From Sphingobacteriales bacterium UTBCD1 (GTDB lineage: Bacteria > Bacteroidota > Bacteroidia > Chitinophagales > Chitinophagaceae): DNA of 64,000 nucleotides. A model generated the notes under the pieces. It had not been told where the DNA came from and did no database searches. It was given only the letters and a program-made list of their open reading frames with translations. Of this stretch, positions 17,872 to 27,099 are shown piece after piece. How positions within the stretch are numbered: position 1 is the first letter of the stretch; the number at the start of each line of letters is the position of its first letter. The position numbers were made by a program, and so were the translations under genes. Location of the stretch: the NCBI GenBank assembly GCA_002066995.1, contig MWTC01000031.1, positions 11,649 to 75,648 of the forward strand, given 5' to 3'.

Positions 17872-18846
17872 CTGCCCTATGCCCGGCAACATCTTCCCCG
17901 GGCCCTGTGAATAGACGGGACGTTACGCCATATTATAAATTACTTCCGTTTTTATTTCCCGGGTCCCGCATATTAAATTCGTGTTTACGCAACGTTCCCG
18001 CCCGCATACAAATCCAGGAAAGGAGATGTTGCCTTCAGATTTATTTCTTAAGTATAACTTCATAAAAAAAAGTATGTTTAAATTTGAATACCATCGGCGG
18101 AAAATCTAATCACCGATGAGATTGAATATTTACCAGACAATCCAAACTCAGGGAAGGATTTCAATCACTTAAGAAAAAACGATTGCAGTTCAACGATTAA
18201 TTCACATATAAATTTTTACCGGCTCAAGAGCAAGTAAAAGGGAATTGAAATCATAAGGATTTTGCATCAAAGAATGGACATAGAAAGTCGTTTGAATGAG
18301 TAAAATTTAGCAGCATAGAAAAGGATCGTTTGGAAATATGGCAGCGGGATGAATTTATACTCAACCGCTGTCATGATCTACGTAAATGCTCCGTCTCTTC
18401 AGAAACTTCAGAGGGAAAAAAATTTTTCCTGATAAAGAGTAACCAGAAAAATTAAGAATCTCCTTACCGGGCGGGTCTTCCGCTGAACCAATCCAGGCAC
18501 TTCTTCAAAAACATTTCGCTTTTACGAAAAAGTTCCGGTAAATGAACCCTATTTTGAAAAAGAATCTGAAAATTTTTTTTTAATAACCATTTTAAAACCG
18601 GCAATCTCAAAAATCGGTTCACTCCGGCAATTTTCTAATTTATTGATTTTACCCGAATTATTAATTCTTTCCCGGGATTCGGGAATCAACCCCGGCATAG
18701 GAAAATGAAATTTTTATGCCCTGTTTTTCAACAATCGTGCAGGTATGAAGCAAAAAAAAGTTTTGAGATTTCAAATAATTCATAAATTTATTTTATATAT
18801 CAGGTTTCTGTGATATAAACTGCTTTTAAAATTAAAACTTAACAAC

Positions 18847-21800
18847 ATGAGAAAATTGATGATGCTCTTGCTGGGTGTTTCATTTCTATTTGCCCGGCAA
18901 TCACTGGCACAAAACAATGTAACCGGTAAGGTTACAGACCAAAACGGAATCCCTATATCCAAAGTAACAGTACAGGTAAAGAACACAAAAACGGGAACTA
19001 CTACAGGTGAAGACGGCACGTTCAAATTAAGTGTTCACCCGAATGCCGTTCTCGTGATCAGCGGCGTAGGCTACGAAACAAAAGAAGTTTCTGTAGGCAG
19101 CCAGACTGTAATCGACGTTGCACTCAAACAACTGGAACAATCATTGAGCGAAGTAGTTGTAACAACATTTGGTATTAAACGTGAAAAAAAGGCACTTGGC
19201 TATGCAGTCTCCACTGTAGGAAAAGAATCCCTGGAGATGAGGCCTGAAGGCGATATTGCCAGGGTGCTTAGCGGGAAAGCGCCGGGATTGAATATTTTAA
19301 ATACGAGCGGGTTAAGCGGAAGCGGCACCAATATTACTATTCGTGCCATCAGCACCATTACGGGTAATTCACAACCGCTTTTTATTGTGGATGGTGTGCC
19401 ATTTGATGCCAGCACCAATGCACAAGCCGATTTTACTTACGGTACTCAGACCTCCAGCCGTTTCCTTGACCTGGATCCAAATAATATCGAGAACATAAGC
19501 ATCCTGAAAGGCTTAAGCGCAACAACTTTGTATGGCGAGCAGGGAAGAAATGGCGTGATACTGATTACTACAAAGAACGGCTCTACACAAAAAATCAATG
19601 CGAAAAACGAAGTGACCGTGTCGCAATCTGTATTTGCCACTCAGGCTGTGCTTCCGGAGTACAACCGCAGTTATGGTGGCGGCTTTGACCAAAGCCTTGG
19701 CCTTCTCTTTTTTAGCAACTGGGGTGCAAGGTTTACCAATCCTCCGACAATGGTCAAACATCCTTATGACAAAGGATGGATGAATACGGCCTTTCCTCAA
19801 TTTAAAGGAGCGTTGTATCCTTATAAATTTTATAATAGTGTTCATGACTTTTTCCGCACAGGCGTTATGAGCAATACTTCAATTAATATTGCCGGTTCTA
19901 CGCCTTCGGTCAACTATAACATGAATTACAGCTATACAGACGACCAGGGCTACCTTCCGGAGAATGGAATGACCAAAAACTCAATAGGCATGGGCGGTAC
20001 AGCAAAACTGACGAATAAAATAACAGTTTCGGGTACTGTAAATTATGTAGCCAACAACGTTAAATCACCGCCTACCAGTAACAGTTATGGAAATAATTCG
20101 GTAAATACTTCCATATTCGGTAATGTCATGTACACGCCTACGGCGATTGACCTGATGAATCTTCCGTACGAAAGTCCGCTTGATCATTCATCAGTATATT
20201 ATCGCAACGGGAATGATATTCAAAATCCCCGCTGGACCTTATACAATTCTTTTACACAAGACAATGTAAAAAGAACCTTTGGCCAGATGCAGGCGAGATA
20301 TGAACTGATGAAAAGCCTGAACCTGACTTATCGTGTAGGTTATGACAGCTATACGGAGTATGAAACCTATTCTCAGAATAAAGGAGGCATATCCACCCCG
20401 ACCGGTATTTTCCGGGAATCCAGCGGAACCAATACAATCTGGGATCAGTCATTTCTAATTAACTACAATCACAACATCAACACTGACTTTTCATTAAATG
20501 TTGATGCCGGAGCTAATCGCAGAAAATATGATTACAGCCAAACCGGTTCTACCAATACAGAACAATTAGTATATGGAATATTCAACCCGGCAAATTTTGT
20601 TTCTCATTCACCATATAGTGAAGATGGTTATTCCAGCCTGAATTACGTTGTACGCAGGCTTGAAACCGGCGTTTTTGCACAAGCATTAATAGGATACAAA
20701 GATCACACATACCTGACAATAGGTGGCCGCAACAGCTGGACATCCACCGTTGAAGATAAAAACAGAAGTATTCTTTATCCGAGTGTCAGTTTAGCATTTC
20801 TTCCCACTTCAGCATTTGAGAGCCTGAAAAATAATGATGTTCTCAACTACCTGAAGCTGCGAATAGGCTATTCAACAAGTGCAAACTTTCCTCCGCCCTA
20901 TTCTACAAGGCCTTATCTCTACACGGCAACCCGTGTATTTCTAACCAATACAGGACAGTCTGTAAATGTAAATGCAATTGCATCCCAGTTGCCTAATCCG
21001 GACTTAAAACCTGAGTTGTTGAAAGAAACTGAAGCCGGGTTAGAAGCAAAACTATTTAAAGACATGATCTCTCTTGATTTTACAGTTTACCAGAGAGTGG
21101 CAAATGACCAGATATTAAACAGGTTCCTCGATCCTTCAAGCGGCTATCAATCAATGCAAATCAATGCAGGTAAAGTAACCAATAAGGGTATTGAAATTGC
21201 TTTGGGTATAACTCCTATTGCAAATAAAGACTGGAGATGGCACTTAGACGGATTATTCTCTACAAACAAAAGCATGGTTTCAGGAATACCAGAAGAATTG
21301 ACAAGAGTAAATATTTCCGGTTATTCCAACGAAGGAACATTTGCCATCAATGGCCAGCCGCTTGGCGTGATCATGGCAAGCGCTTTTGAAAAAGATTCCA
21401 AATCCGGCCAGTGGGTAGTGGGAAGCGATGGAAATTATATTGCAGCGAATGATATTGCAATCATTGCTAATCCCAATCCAAAATATAACCTGACGGGAAT
21501 CAGTACACTCACTTATAAAAATATCAGCTTCAGAATGCAATGGGATTATGTTCACGGTGGTACTATGTTTTCAGGTACTGCAGGCGCATTGCTGGGCAGA
21601 GGCGTAACAAAAGATACAGAATTTGACAGGTATGCCGCATATATTCTGCCCGGCGTCAATGAAAACGGTCAGCCAAACAGGATACAACTATCTACCTCCG
21701 GCGCTTATTACAATAATACACTTCCGAATGGTGCACCTGATGAGAGTGCGGTTTTTGACCAGACCTGTATTCGCTTAAGAGAAGCATCCGTTTCATACAG

Positions 21801-22014
21801 CGTCCCGGCAAAGCTTTTAAAGAAATTACCAATTGGGTCCTTATCCATTTCGCTCTCGGGTAATAACCTTTGGTATAATGCTCCGAATTTCCCCAAATAC
21901 GTACACTTCGACCCGGATGCATCAGGTCTTGGTGTAAGTAACGGCCGCGGGCTTGAGTTCCTGACTGGTCCTTCAGCACGCCGCATGGGTGCAAGTTTGA
22001 GAATAACATTCTAA
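18847..22014 (+). CDS. SusC/RagA family TonB-linked outer membrane protein
   Basis: Signal peptide, a carboxypeptidase-regulatory-like N-domain (VTGKVTDQNGIPISKVTVQVKNT), a plug (FGIKREKKALGYAVS; ISILKGLSATTLYGEQGRNGVILITTK) and a terminal aromatic residue (RITF). Confidence 0.95.
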   Translation: MRKLMMLLLGVSFLFARQSLAQNNVTGKVTDQNGIPISKVTVQVKNTKTGTTTGEDGTFKLSVHPNAVLVISGVGYETKEVSVGSQTVIDVALKQLEQSLSEVVVTTFGIKREKKALGYAVSTVGKESLEMRPEGDIARVLSGKAPGLNILNTSGLSGSGTNITIRAISTITGNSQPLFIVDGVPFDASTNAQADFTYGTQTSSRFLDLDPNNIENISILKGLSATTLYGEQGRNGVILITTKNGSTQKINAKNEVTVSQSVFATQAVLPEYNRSYGGGFDQSLGLLFFSNWGARFTNPPTMVKHPYDKGWMNTAFPQFKGALYPYKFYNSVHDFFRTGVMSNTSINIAGSTPSVNYNMNYSYTDDQGYLPENGMTKNSIGMGGTAKLTNKITVSGTVNYVANNVKSPPTSNSYGNNSVNTSIFGNVMYTPTAIDLMNLPYESPLDHSSVYYRNGNDIQNPRWTLYNSFTQDNVKRTFGQMQARYELMKSLNLTYRVGYDSYTEYETYSQNKGGISTPTGIFRESSGTNTIWDQSFLINYNHNINTDFSLNVDAGANRRKYDYSQTGSTNTEQLVYGIFNPANFVSHSPYSEDGYSSLNYVVRRLETGVFAQALIGYKDHTYLTIGGRNSWTSTVEDKNRSILYPSVSLAFLPTSAFESLKNNDVLNYLKLRIGYSTSANFPPPYSTRPYLYTATRVFLTNTGQSVNVNAIASQLPNPDLKPELLKETEAGLEAKLFKDMISLDFTVYQRVANDQILNRFLDPSSGYQSMQINAGKVTNKGIEIALGITPIANKDWRWHLDGLFSTNKSMVSGIPEELTRVNISGYSNEGTFAINGQPLGVIMASAFEKDSKSGQWVVGSDGNYIAANDIAIIANPNPKYNLTGISTLTYKNISFRMQWDYVHGGTMFSGTAGALLGRGVTKDTEFDRYAAYILPGVNENGQPNRIQLSTSGAYYNNTLPNGAPDESAVFDQTCIRLREASVSYSVPAKLLKKLPIGSLSISLSGNNLWYNAPNFPKYVHFDPDASGLGVSNGRGLEFLTGPSARRMGASLRITF

Positions 22015-22034
22015 ACCAATAAAGAAATTATATC

Positions 22035-23741
22035 ATGAAATTTAGAAAAATATATCTGATGTTAACTATAGTCTTTCTCACAGCAATGACGGGTTGTAAG
22101 AAAGAGTTCAATAGTTACCTGAACAATCCCAATAGTCCCAGCCCTGAAACAGCTGATGTGGATTTATTTTTAAACCAGGTTCAAATGAGCTTCAGTGCCT
22201 TCTGGACAAGAGCATCTGACCTGGGAGCCGAACTGACCCGCCAGCAATACTGGGTGGGCCCTTTCTACCGCAATGGATATACACCCGCAAGTTTTGATGG
22301 TGAATGGACTAATGCTTATACCGGTGTACTGGCAAATGCCAAAGCCTTAATACCGCTGGCCCAGTCGCAAAAAAAATATATCCAGTCAGGTATTGCCAGA
22401 ACATTATCAGCATTTACCCTCGGCACTTTGGTTGATGATTTTGGTGATGTACCTTACTCTGAAGCAGTGTTGGGTAATGAAAACACCAATCCGAAAGTTG
22501 ATCCGGGAGCGACCATTTATGCAGGTGTTCAAACTTTATTGGATAGCGCTATTTCTGATTTCCAAAAATCAGGAGCTGCAGCCGGTCCCCAGGCTGATTT
22601 GTTTTATGGCGGTGATCCGGATGCGTGGACAACTTTTGCAAAAACACTGAAGTTGAAATTCTATATGCAGACAAGGCTTGTGGATCCAACTGCAAAAACA
22701 AAAATTCAGGCATTGCTGACTGAAAACGATCTTATAAATGATGCATCACAGGATTTCGTGTTTCAATATGGCACTTCAATGAGTGCACCTGACAGCCGCC
22801 ATCCGCAATATGCTAATAACTATGTGGACGCCGGCGGTCCCGGATACCTGGCCAATTTCTTTATATGGATGGTAGCGGCTCAAAAATATAACGGCCTTGT
22901 CAAATTTGATGGAGACCCAAGGCTTCGTTACTATTTTTACAGATCAACACTTAACTATAACTGGACAAATAGTTCTACTTGTCCCTGCTATGCACGTTCC
23001 ATTTTTGCCAATGATGCACCTCCCGCATGGTATCCAAGTGTACCCGATGTATCACCTTATTGTGTGATCGGGAAAGGATATCTTGGAAGAGATCATGGCG
23101 ATGCAGCCGGTGCACCACCTGACGGTTCATTCCGTTCTACTTATGGAATTTATCCAGCAGGAGGTGAATTTGATGCTGACCAGGGAAATGCAATTACAGC
23201 ACATATGGGTTTGAAAGGTGCCGGTATAGATCCGATCTGGTTATCCTCTTACACTGATTTTCTTAAAGCTGAAGCTGTATTGGCGCTGGGTATCCCAACT
23301 CCAGGAACAGCAAGAGCTTTATTACAGGCAGGTGTAACAGCCTCTATTGATAAAGTTTTAGGATTCCCGGCAAAGGGAGGTTATTCTGTACCTGCCAGCT
23401 ATATACCCTCGGCTACACAAATCAGTAACTACATTAACCTGGTGCTTAGCAAATATGATAATGCTACGAACGATGATCAGAGATTGAATATCGTCATGAC
23501 AGAATATTACCTGGCAGCATGGGGCAATGGTGTGGAACCTTACAATAATTACAGGCGGACCGGCAAACCTAATAATATGCAATTACCGGTTTCATACCCC
23601 AACCCCGGATTGTTCATGCGTTCCTTCTTCTATCCTTCTGTTTTTGTAAACAGAAATGTCAATGCGCCTGCACAGAAGAACCCGGGTAATGCAGCCGATA
23701 AAGTATTTTGGGATAATAACCCCGATAATTTTATTAAATAA
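22035..23741 (+). CDS. SusD/RagB family nutrient-binding lipoprotein
   Basis: Lipobox (AMTGC), 568 aa, immediately downstream of susC. C-terminal region EPYNNYRRTG.P is typical of SusD-like proteins. Confidence 0.9.
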   Translation: MKFRKIYLMLTIVFLTAMTGCKKEFNSYLNNPNSPSPETADVDLFLNQVQMSFSAFWTRASDLGAELTRQQYWVGPFYRNGYTPASFDGEWTNAYTGVLANAKALIPLAQSQKKYIQSGIARTLSAFTLGTLVDDFGDVPYSEAVLGNENTNPKVDPGATIYAGVQTLLDSAISDFQKSGAAAGPQADLFYGGDPDAWTTFAKTLKLKFYMQTRLVDPTAKTKIQALLTENDLINDASQDFVFQYGTSMSAPDSRHPQYANNYVDAGGPGYLANFFIWMVAAQKYNGLVKFDGDPRLRYYFYRSTLNYNWTNSSTCPCYARSIFANDAPPAWYPSVPDVSPYCVIGKGYLGRDHGDAAGAPPDGSFRSTYGIYPAGGEFDADQGNAITAHMGLKGAGIDPIWLSSYTDFLKAEAVLALGIPTPGTARALLQAGVTASIDKVLGFPAKGGYSVPASYIPSATQISNYINLVLSKYDNATNDDQRLNIVMTEYYLAAWGNGVEPYNNYRRTGKPNNMQLPVSYPNPGLFMRSFFYPSVFVNRNVNAPAQKNPGNAADKVFWDNNPDNFIK

Positions 23742-23755
23742 TTTAAACAGAAATC

Positions 23756-24646
23756 ATGAAAAAGATACTATATATATTGTCGGTGGCCGCTTTGGTAATC
23801 GTCATTCATTCATGTAAGAAAAAAGAGAGCTTAAATGTTTTCTCTGATTACAAAAATTTAGGCCTTGGAACTTACATGACGCTTGACAAAAACATTAATT
23901 TGAATCTGGATTTCTCTCACCTGGCAACATCTACTGTTGGAATACAGGTGAGCCAGTATCCCAATGGCCAGGCTATAGATCATATCATTCTATTTGCTAC
24001 CACAAATGCCTCTTATGATACTACTCAATGGCATTTTGTGAAATCAATTCCTTACACAGGCCCGGGTACCCAGTTAACTGTGAGCGGTGCAGAATTGGCC
24101 ACATCACTTGGAGTGAGCATCGGGACGTTGCAGCCCGGTACTGCATATACTTTTTATACCCGCATCATTACAAAACAAGGATATAGCTTTGATGTAAATA
24201 CTACCGGTGATAACGGGGGGGGTGGTTTGGTGACCGGAGCATACTACAACTCTGTATTTTCATTCACAGCTTATATTGTTTGTCCCTTTACCGGGAATAT
24301 GGTGGGTACTTATAAAGTAATAAGGGATGATTGGGCTGACTGGTCACCTGGTGATATGGTACAGGTAACTGACGGGCCCGGTGCCAACCAGATCAATTTA
24401 AGCCAGGTATATCCAGGAGGTGGTATTATCATTAATCCTTTAATTGTAAATATTGATCCTGCCAGCGGTACTGCAAAAATTCCAAAGACCGTATTTGGGA
24501 AATATTCCGCTAATGGCCACCAATATACTGCAGAAGGAGCAGGAGATAGTGACGTAGCAGGTTTTGTATTTTCCTGTACAGGCTATATCACTTTAAACAT
24601 TAATATTGATGGAGATCCATACAAATTGATCTTGCAAAAACAGTGA
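23756..24646 (+). CDS. PUL-associated lipoprotein of unknown function
   Basis: Lipobox (VIHSC), 296 aa, 14 nt after susD and followed by a terminator. I recognise no catalytic motif. Confidence 0.65.
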   Translation: MKKILYILSVAALVIVIHSCKKKESLNVFSDYKNLGLGTYMTLDKNINLNLDFSHLATSTVGIQVSQYPNGQAIDHIILFATTNASYDTTQWHFVKSIPYTGPGTQLTVSGAELATSLGVSIGTLQPGTAYTFYTRIITKQGYSFDVNTTGDNGGGGLVTGAYYNSVFSFTAYIVCPFTGNMVGTYKVIRDDWADWSPGDMVQVTDGPGANQINLSQVYPGGGIIINPLIVNIDPASGTAKIPKTVFGKYSANGHQYTAEGAGDSDVAGFVFSCTGYITLNINIDGDPYKLILQKQ

Positions 24647-24669
24647 TCATCAAAATTTTCCTGATCAAT

Positions 24670-24705
24670 AATCCCGCTGAAATCTTTTCAGCGGGATTCT
24701 TTTTG
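24670..24705 (+). terminator. Rho-independent terminator of the susC-susD-lipoprotein unit
   Basis: AATCCCGCTGAAA-TCT-TTTCAGCGGGATT hairpin followed by CTTTTT. Confidence 0.65.
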
Positions 24706-24920
24706 AATGCTTGTATCATCCATATCTGCTTGCTTTTGCGATTCATTTCATTACTTTCGAAAAATAAAAAAGCTGCAAATTAAATTTCTTACGCAGTTAA
24801 TACTGCCATAGAATTTGCTGAACAGAATGGCACAATGCCAATCCTGCTAATTTGCGTGAGGGTGGCATACTTTAATTTTTATTTGACTCTGCAGTCAACT
24901 TTTTCAGGATATGGTATAAC

Positions 24921-24951
24921 AAAAAAATCCCCCCGATAAAGATCAGGGGGA
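24921..24951 (-). terminator. Rho-independent terminator ending the dcw/ftsZ transcript
   Basis: Minus strand reads UCCCCC-UGAUCUUUAUC-GGGGGGA followed by U7. It lies ~130 nt downstream of the ftsZ stop. Confidence 0.65.
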
Positions 24952-25079
24952 ACAACTAAAAACACTAGCTAATTGCAAGTGCCTGCCCTAATGCCCCGGG
25001 CGGACGGGGCTTCATTGGAACGAACTGCCTTTGACACGTGCAAAGCGCTACGATGATCGCTTGCCTGCGTCATAACATT
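24952..25079 (-). ncRNA. Candidate structured 3'-UTR element downstream of ftsZ
   Basis: Sits between the ftsZ stop and the terminator. GC-rich hairpin GCCCCG-UCCGCC-CGGGGC, possible pairing GCAAGCG...CGCUUUGC, and repeated GGCAG(G/U) segments. No ORF. Confidence 0.3.
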
Positions 25080-27002
25080 TTAATCAGGTTTCTTTCCATC
25101 AAGGAATGTATTGATCGTACTGATCTGTGATTGATTGTTAGAATCCGTTTTTACTTCGTAATTACTGTAAAAGTTTTCTGCTGCAGAACTGTTGGTGTAC
25201 AATTCCATATTGCGGCGGATATAAGCCGGCACAGTTTCAAACTCATTATTGGGGTCAGCCGCATTCACGTTGAACGATAAGTTGCGCAATTTTTGCAATC
25301 GTTCTGCCGCCCTACGTTTTTGTTCTTCCGCTTCGTCCCGCAAAGCGGGATCCTCAACATCAGGAAACAAAGGTTCCCGATCATTATCGGGATGAGCCTG
25401 ATAAGCCAACGGCATATCCGCCGCAGGAATGTCATCCCGTTCTACAATCTGCATCTGGAGGTCGAGGAGTTCCTCTTCTTCAGGCTTCGCATTTTGTGAC
25501 GAGACCGGTTCTTCGGCAGAAGGCTTTGAGGTAGATACCTCTGCTTTTGTTTCTGCATAGATATTAGATGGCCTTGCAAGGTAGCCTCCCGATGCTGCAG
25601 ACAGCGGGGCGGCATTATCTTTTGCCATTACTTTCTCTTCCTGTTTTTCAAAAGGAGATACAGACGGTGGCTGAACAGGCGAATTTACCTGCTCTTCCTT
25701 TTTCTCCATCCACAATTTGTTCACCGTAGTTGCCCCTGAGCTTTCTACGATTTTCCCGGCAGGTTTTGAATTCTCCTGGCCCAATTCCCAATGAATGACC
25801 GGGCTTTTTTCTTCTGCAATGATCATATCATTCATCGTTGGCATCGGCGTTTCAAAAACAGGATCTTCTTCCACCAGCTTCGGTGCCAATAAATTTTCTT
25901 TTTGTTCCTGCTTCGCAGTTACAGCCGTTTCTTCCCTGGCGGGCTCTTTCATCTTTTCTTCTTCCTTCTGACCTAATATCATTATGATCTTATCTTCTTT
26001 CTTCTCTTTTTTGAAATTCTTTTTATCGAAAGGATCCTTATGCTGAAATCCTGTTGCAATAAGCGTGATGCCTAACTGATCACCGAGTGAATTATCATAC
26101 CCTAATCCCAGGATCACATCAGTGTTTTCACCGGTTTGTGATAACAGGTAGTTCTGAATTACTTCCACTTCATCCATGGTAAATTCATTTTCTCCTTCAG
26201 CAGAATTAATATTAATGAGTATCCATTTCGCTCCCTGTATCTCGTTATCATTAAGCAGGGGAGAGTTCAATGCTTCTTCAATTGCTCTTTGTGCACGGTT
26301 TTCACCAGATGCCGAAGCACTACCGAGAATAGCCACACCGCCATTACGCATCACAGTACATACATCCGCAAAGTCCACGTTGATTTGACCAGTGCTGTTG
26401 ATAACATCTGTAATACACTTTGCAGCAGTTGCCAGCACATTATCTGCTTTAGCGAATGCCTCACGCATTTTCAGATTTCCGAATTGATGCCTCAATTTAT
26501 CATTACTGATGATGAGGATTGTATCCACGTATTGCTTCATCGTCTTGATGCCTTCTTCCGCCTGCTGCTGGCGTTTTTTTCCTTCATAAGTAAAAGGAGT
26601 GGTAACAATACCAACCGTGAGTATGCCAAGATCTTTACAAATTTTTGCAATGATGGGTGCACCGCCTGTGCCGGTGCCTCCGCCCATGCCTACGGTAATG
26701 AAGGCCATCTTGGTATTTACTTCAAGAATGCGTTTGATTTCTTCAAGCGATTCTTCAGTAGCCTGGCGGCCGATCTCAGGATTGGCACCGGCACCTAATC
26801 CCTGTGTGAGGTGAGGCCCAAGTTGCACACGATTGGGTATATGACTATTGGCTAATGCCTGTGCATCGGTATTGCAAATAATAAAGTTCACCCCTTCAAT
26901 TCCCTGGTTGAACATAAAATTCACTGCGTTTCCGCCACCGCCACCCACACCGATCACTTTGATAATGGATGATTTTTCTTTCGGCAGATCAAAATGTATC
27001 AT
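25080..27002 (-). CDS. ftsZ: Cell division protein FtsZ (long acidic/Pro-rich linker and extra C-terminal tail)
   Basis: GVGGGGGNAV and the tubulin signature GGGTGTGGAP. C-terminal peptide-like VPAYIRRN is followed by ~40 more residues. Confidence 0.97.
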   Translation of the reverse strand: MIHFDLPKEKSSIIKVIGVGGGGGNAVNFMFNQGIEGVNFIICNTDAQALANSHIPNRVQLGPHLTQGLGAGANPEIGRQATEESLEEIKRILEVNTKMAFITVGMGGGTGTGGAPIIAKICKDLGILTVGIVTTPFTYEGKKRQQQAEEGIKTMKQYVDTILIISNDKLRHQFGNLKMREAFAKADNVLATAAKCITDVINSTGQINVDFADVCTVMRNGGVAILGSASASGENRAQRAIEEALNSPLLNDNEIQGAKWILININSAEGENEFTMDEVEVIQNYLLSQTGENTDVILGLGYDNSLGDQLGITLIATGFQHKDPFDKKNFKKEKKEDKIIMILGQKEEEKMKEPAREETAVTAKQEQKENLLAPKLVEEDPVFETPMPTMNDMIIAEEKSPVIHWELGQENSKPAGKIVESSGATTVNKLWMEKKEEQVNSPVQPPSVSPFEKQEEKVMAKDNAAPLSAASGGYLARPSNIYAETKAEVSTSKPSAEEPVSSQNAKPEEEELLDLQMQIVERDDIPAADMPLAYQAHPDNDREPLFPDVEDPALRDEAEEQKRRAAERLQKLRNLSFNVNAADPNNEFETVPAYIRRNMELYTNSSAAENFYSNYEVKTDSNNQSQISTINTFLDGKKPD

Positions 27003-27099
27003 AATACTTGGTTTTAAAATGAATAGTGTTTTTCAATCAAAAATTTAAGAACCAAAAAAACAGCGATCTTTTCATTTTTGATTTTATCTTTTTTAACTT

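Noticed and set aside
26289-26798. The long antisense ORFs inside ftsZ, ftsA/ftsQ (27994-28542, 28490-28939), mraY/murE (35651-36133, 36217-36765), rsmH (40475-40963), gshB (9066-9542) and the Trp-rich gene (58647-59153).
   Set aside because: They are shadow ORFs opposite strongly supported conserved genes, with low-complexity or Cys/Phe/Leu-skewed composition and no independent signals.
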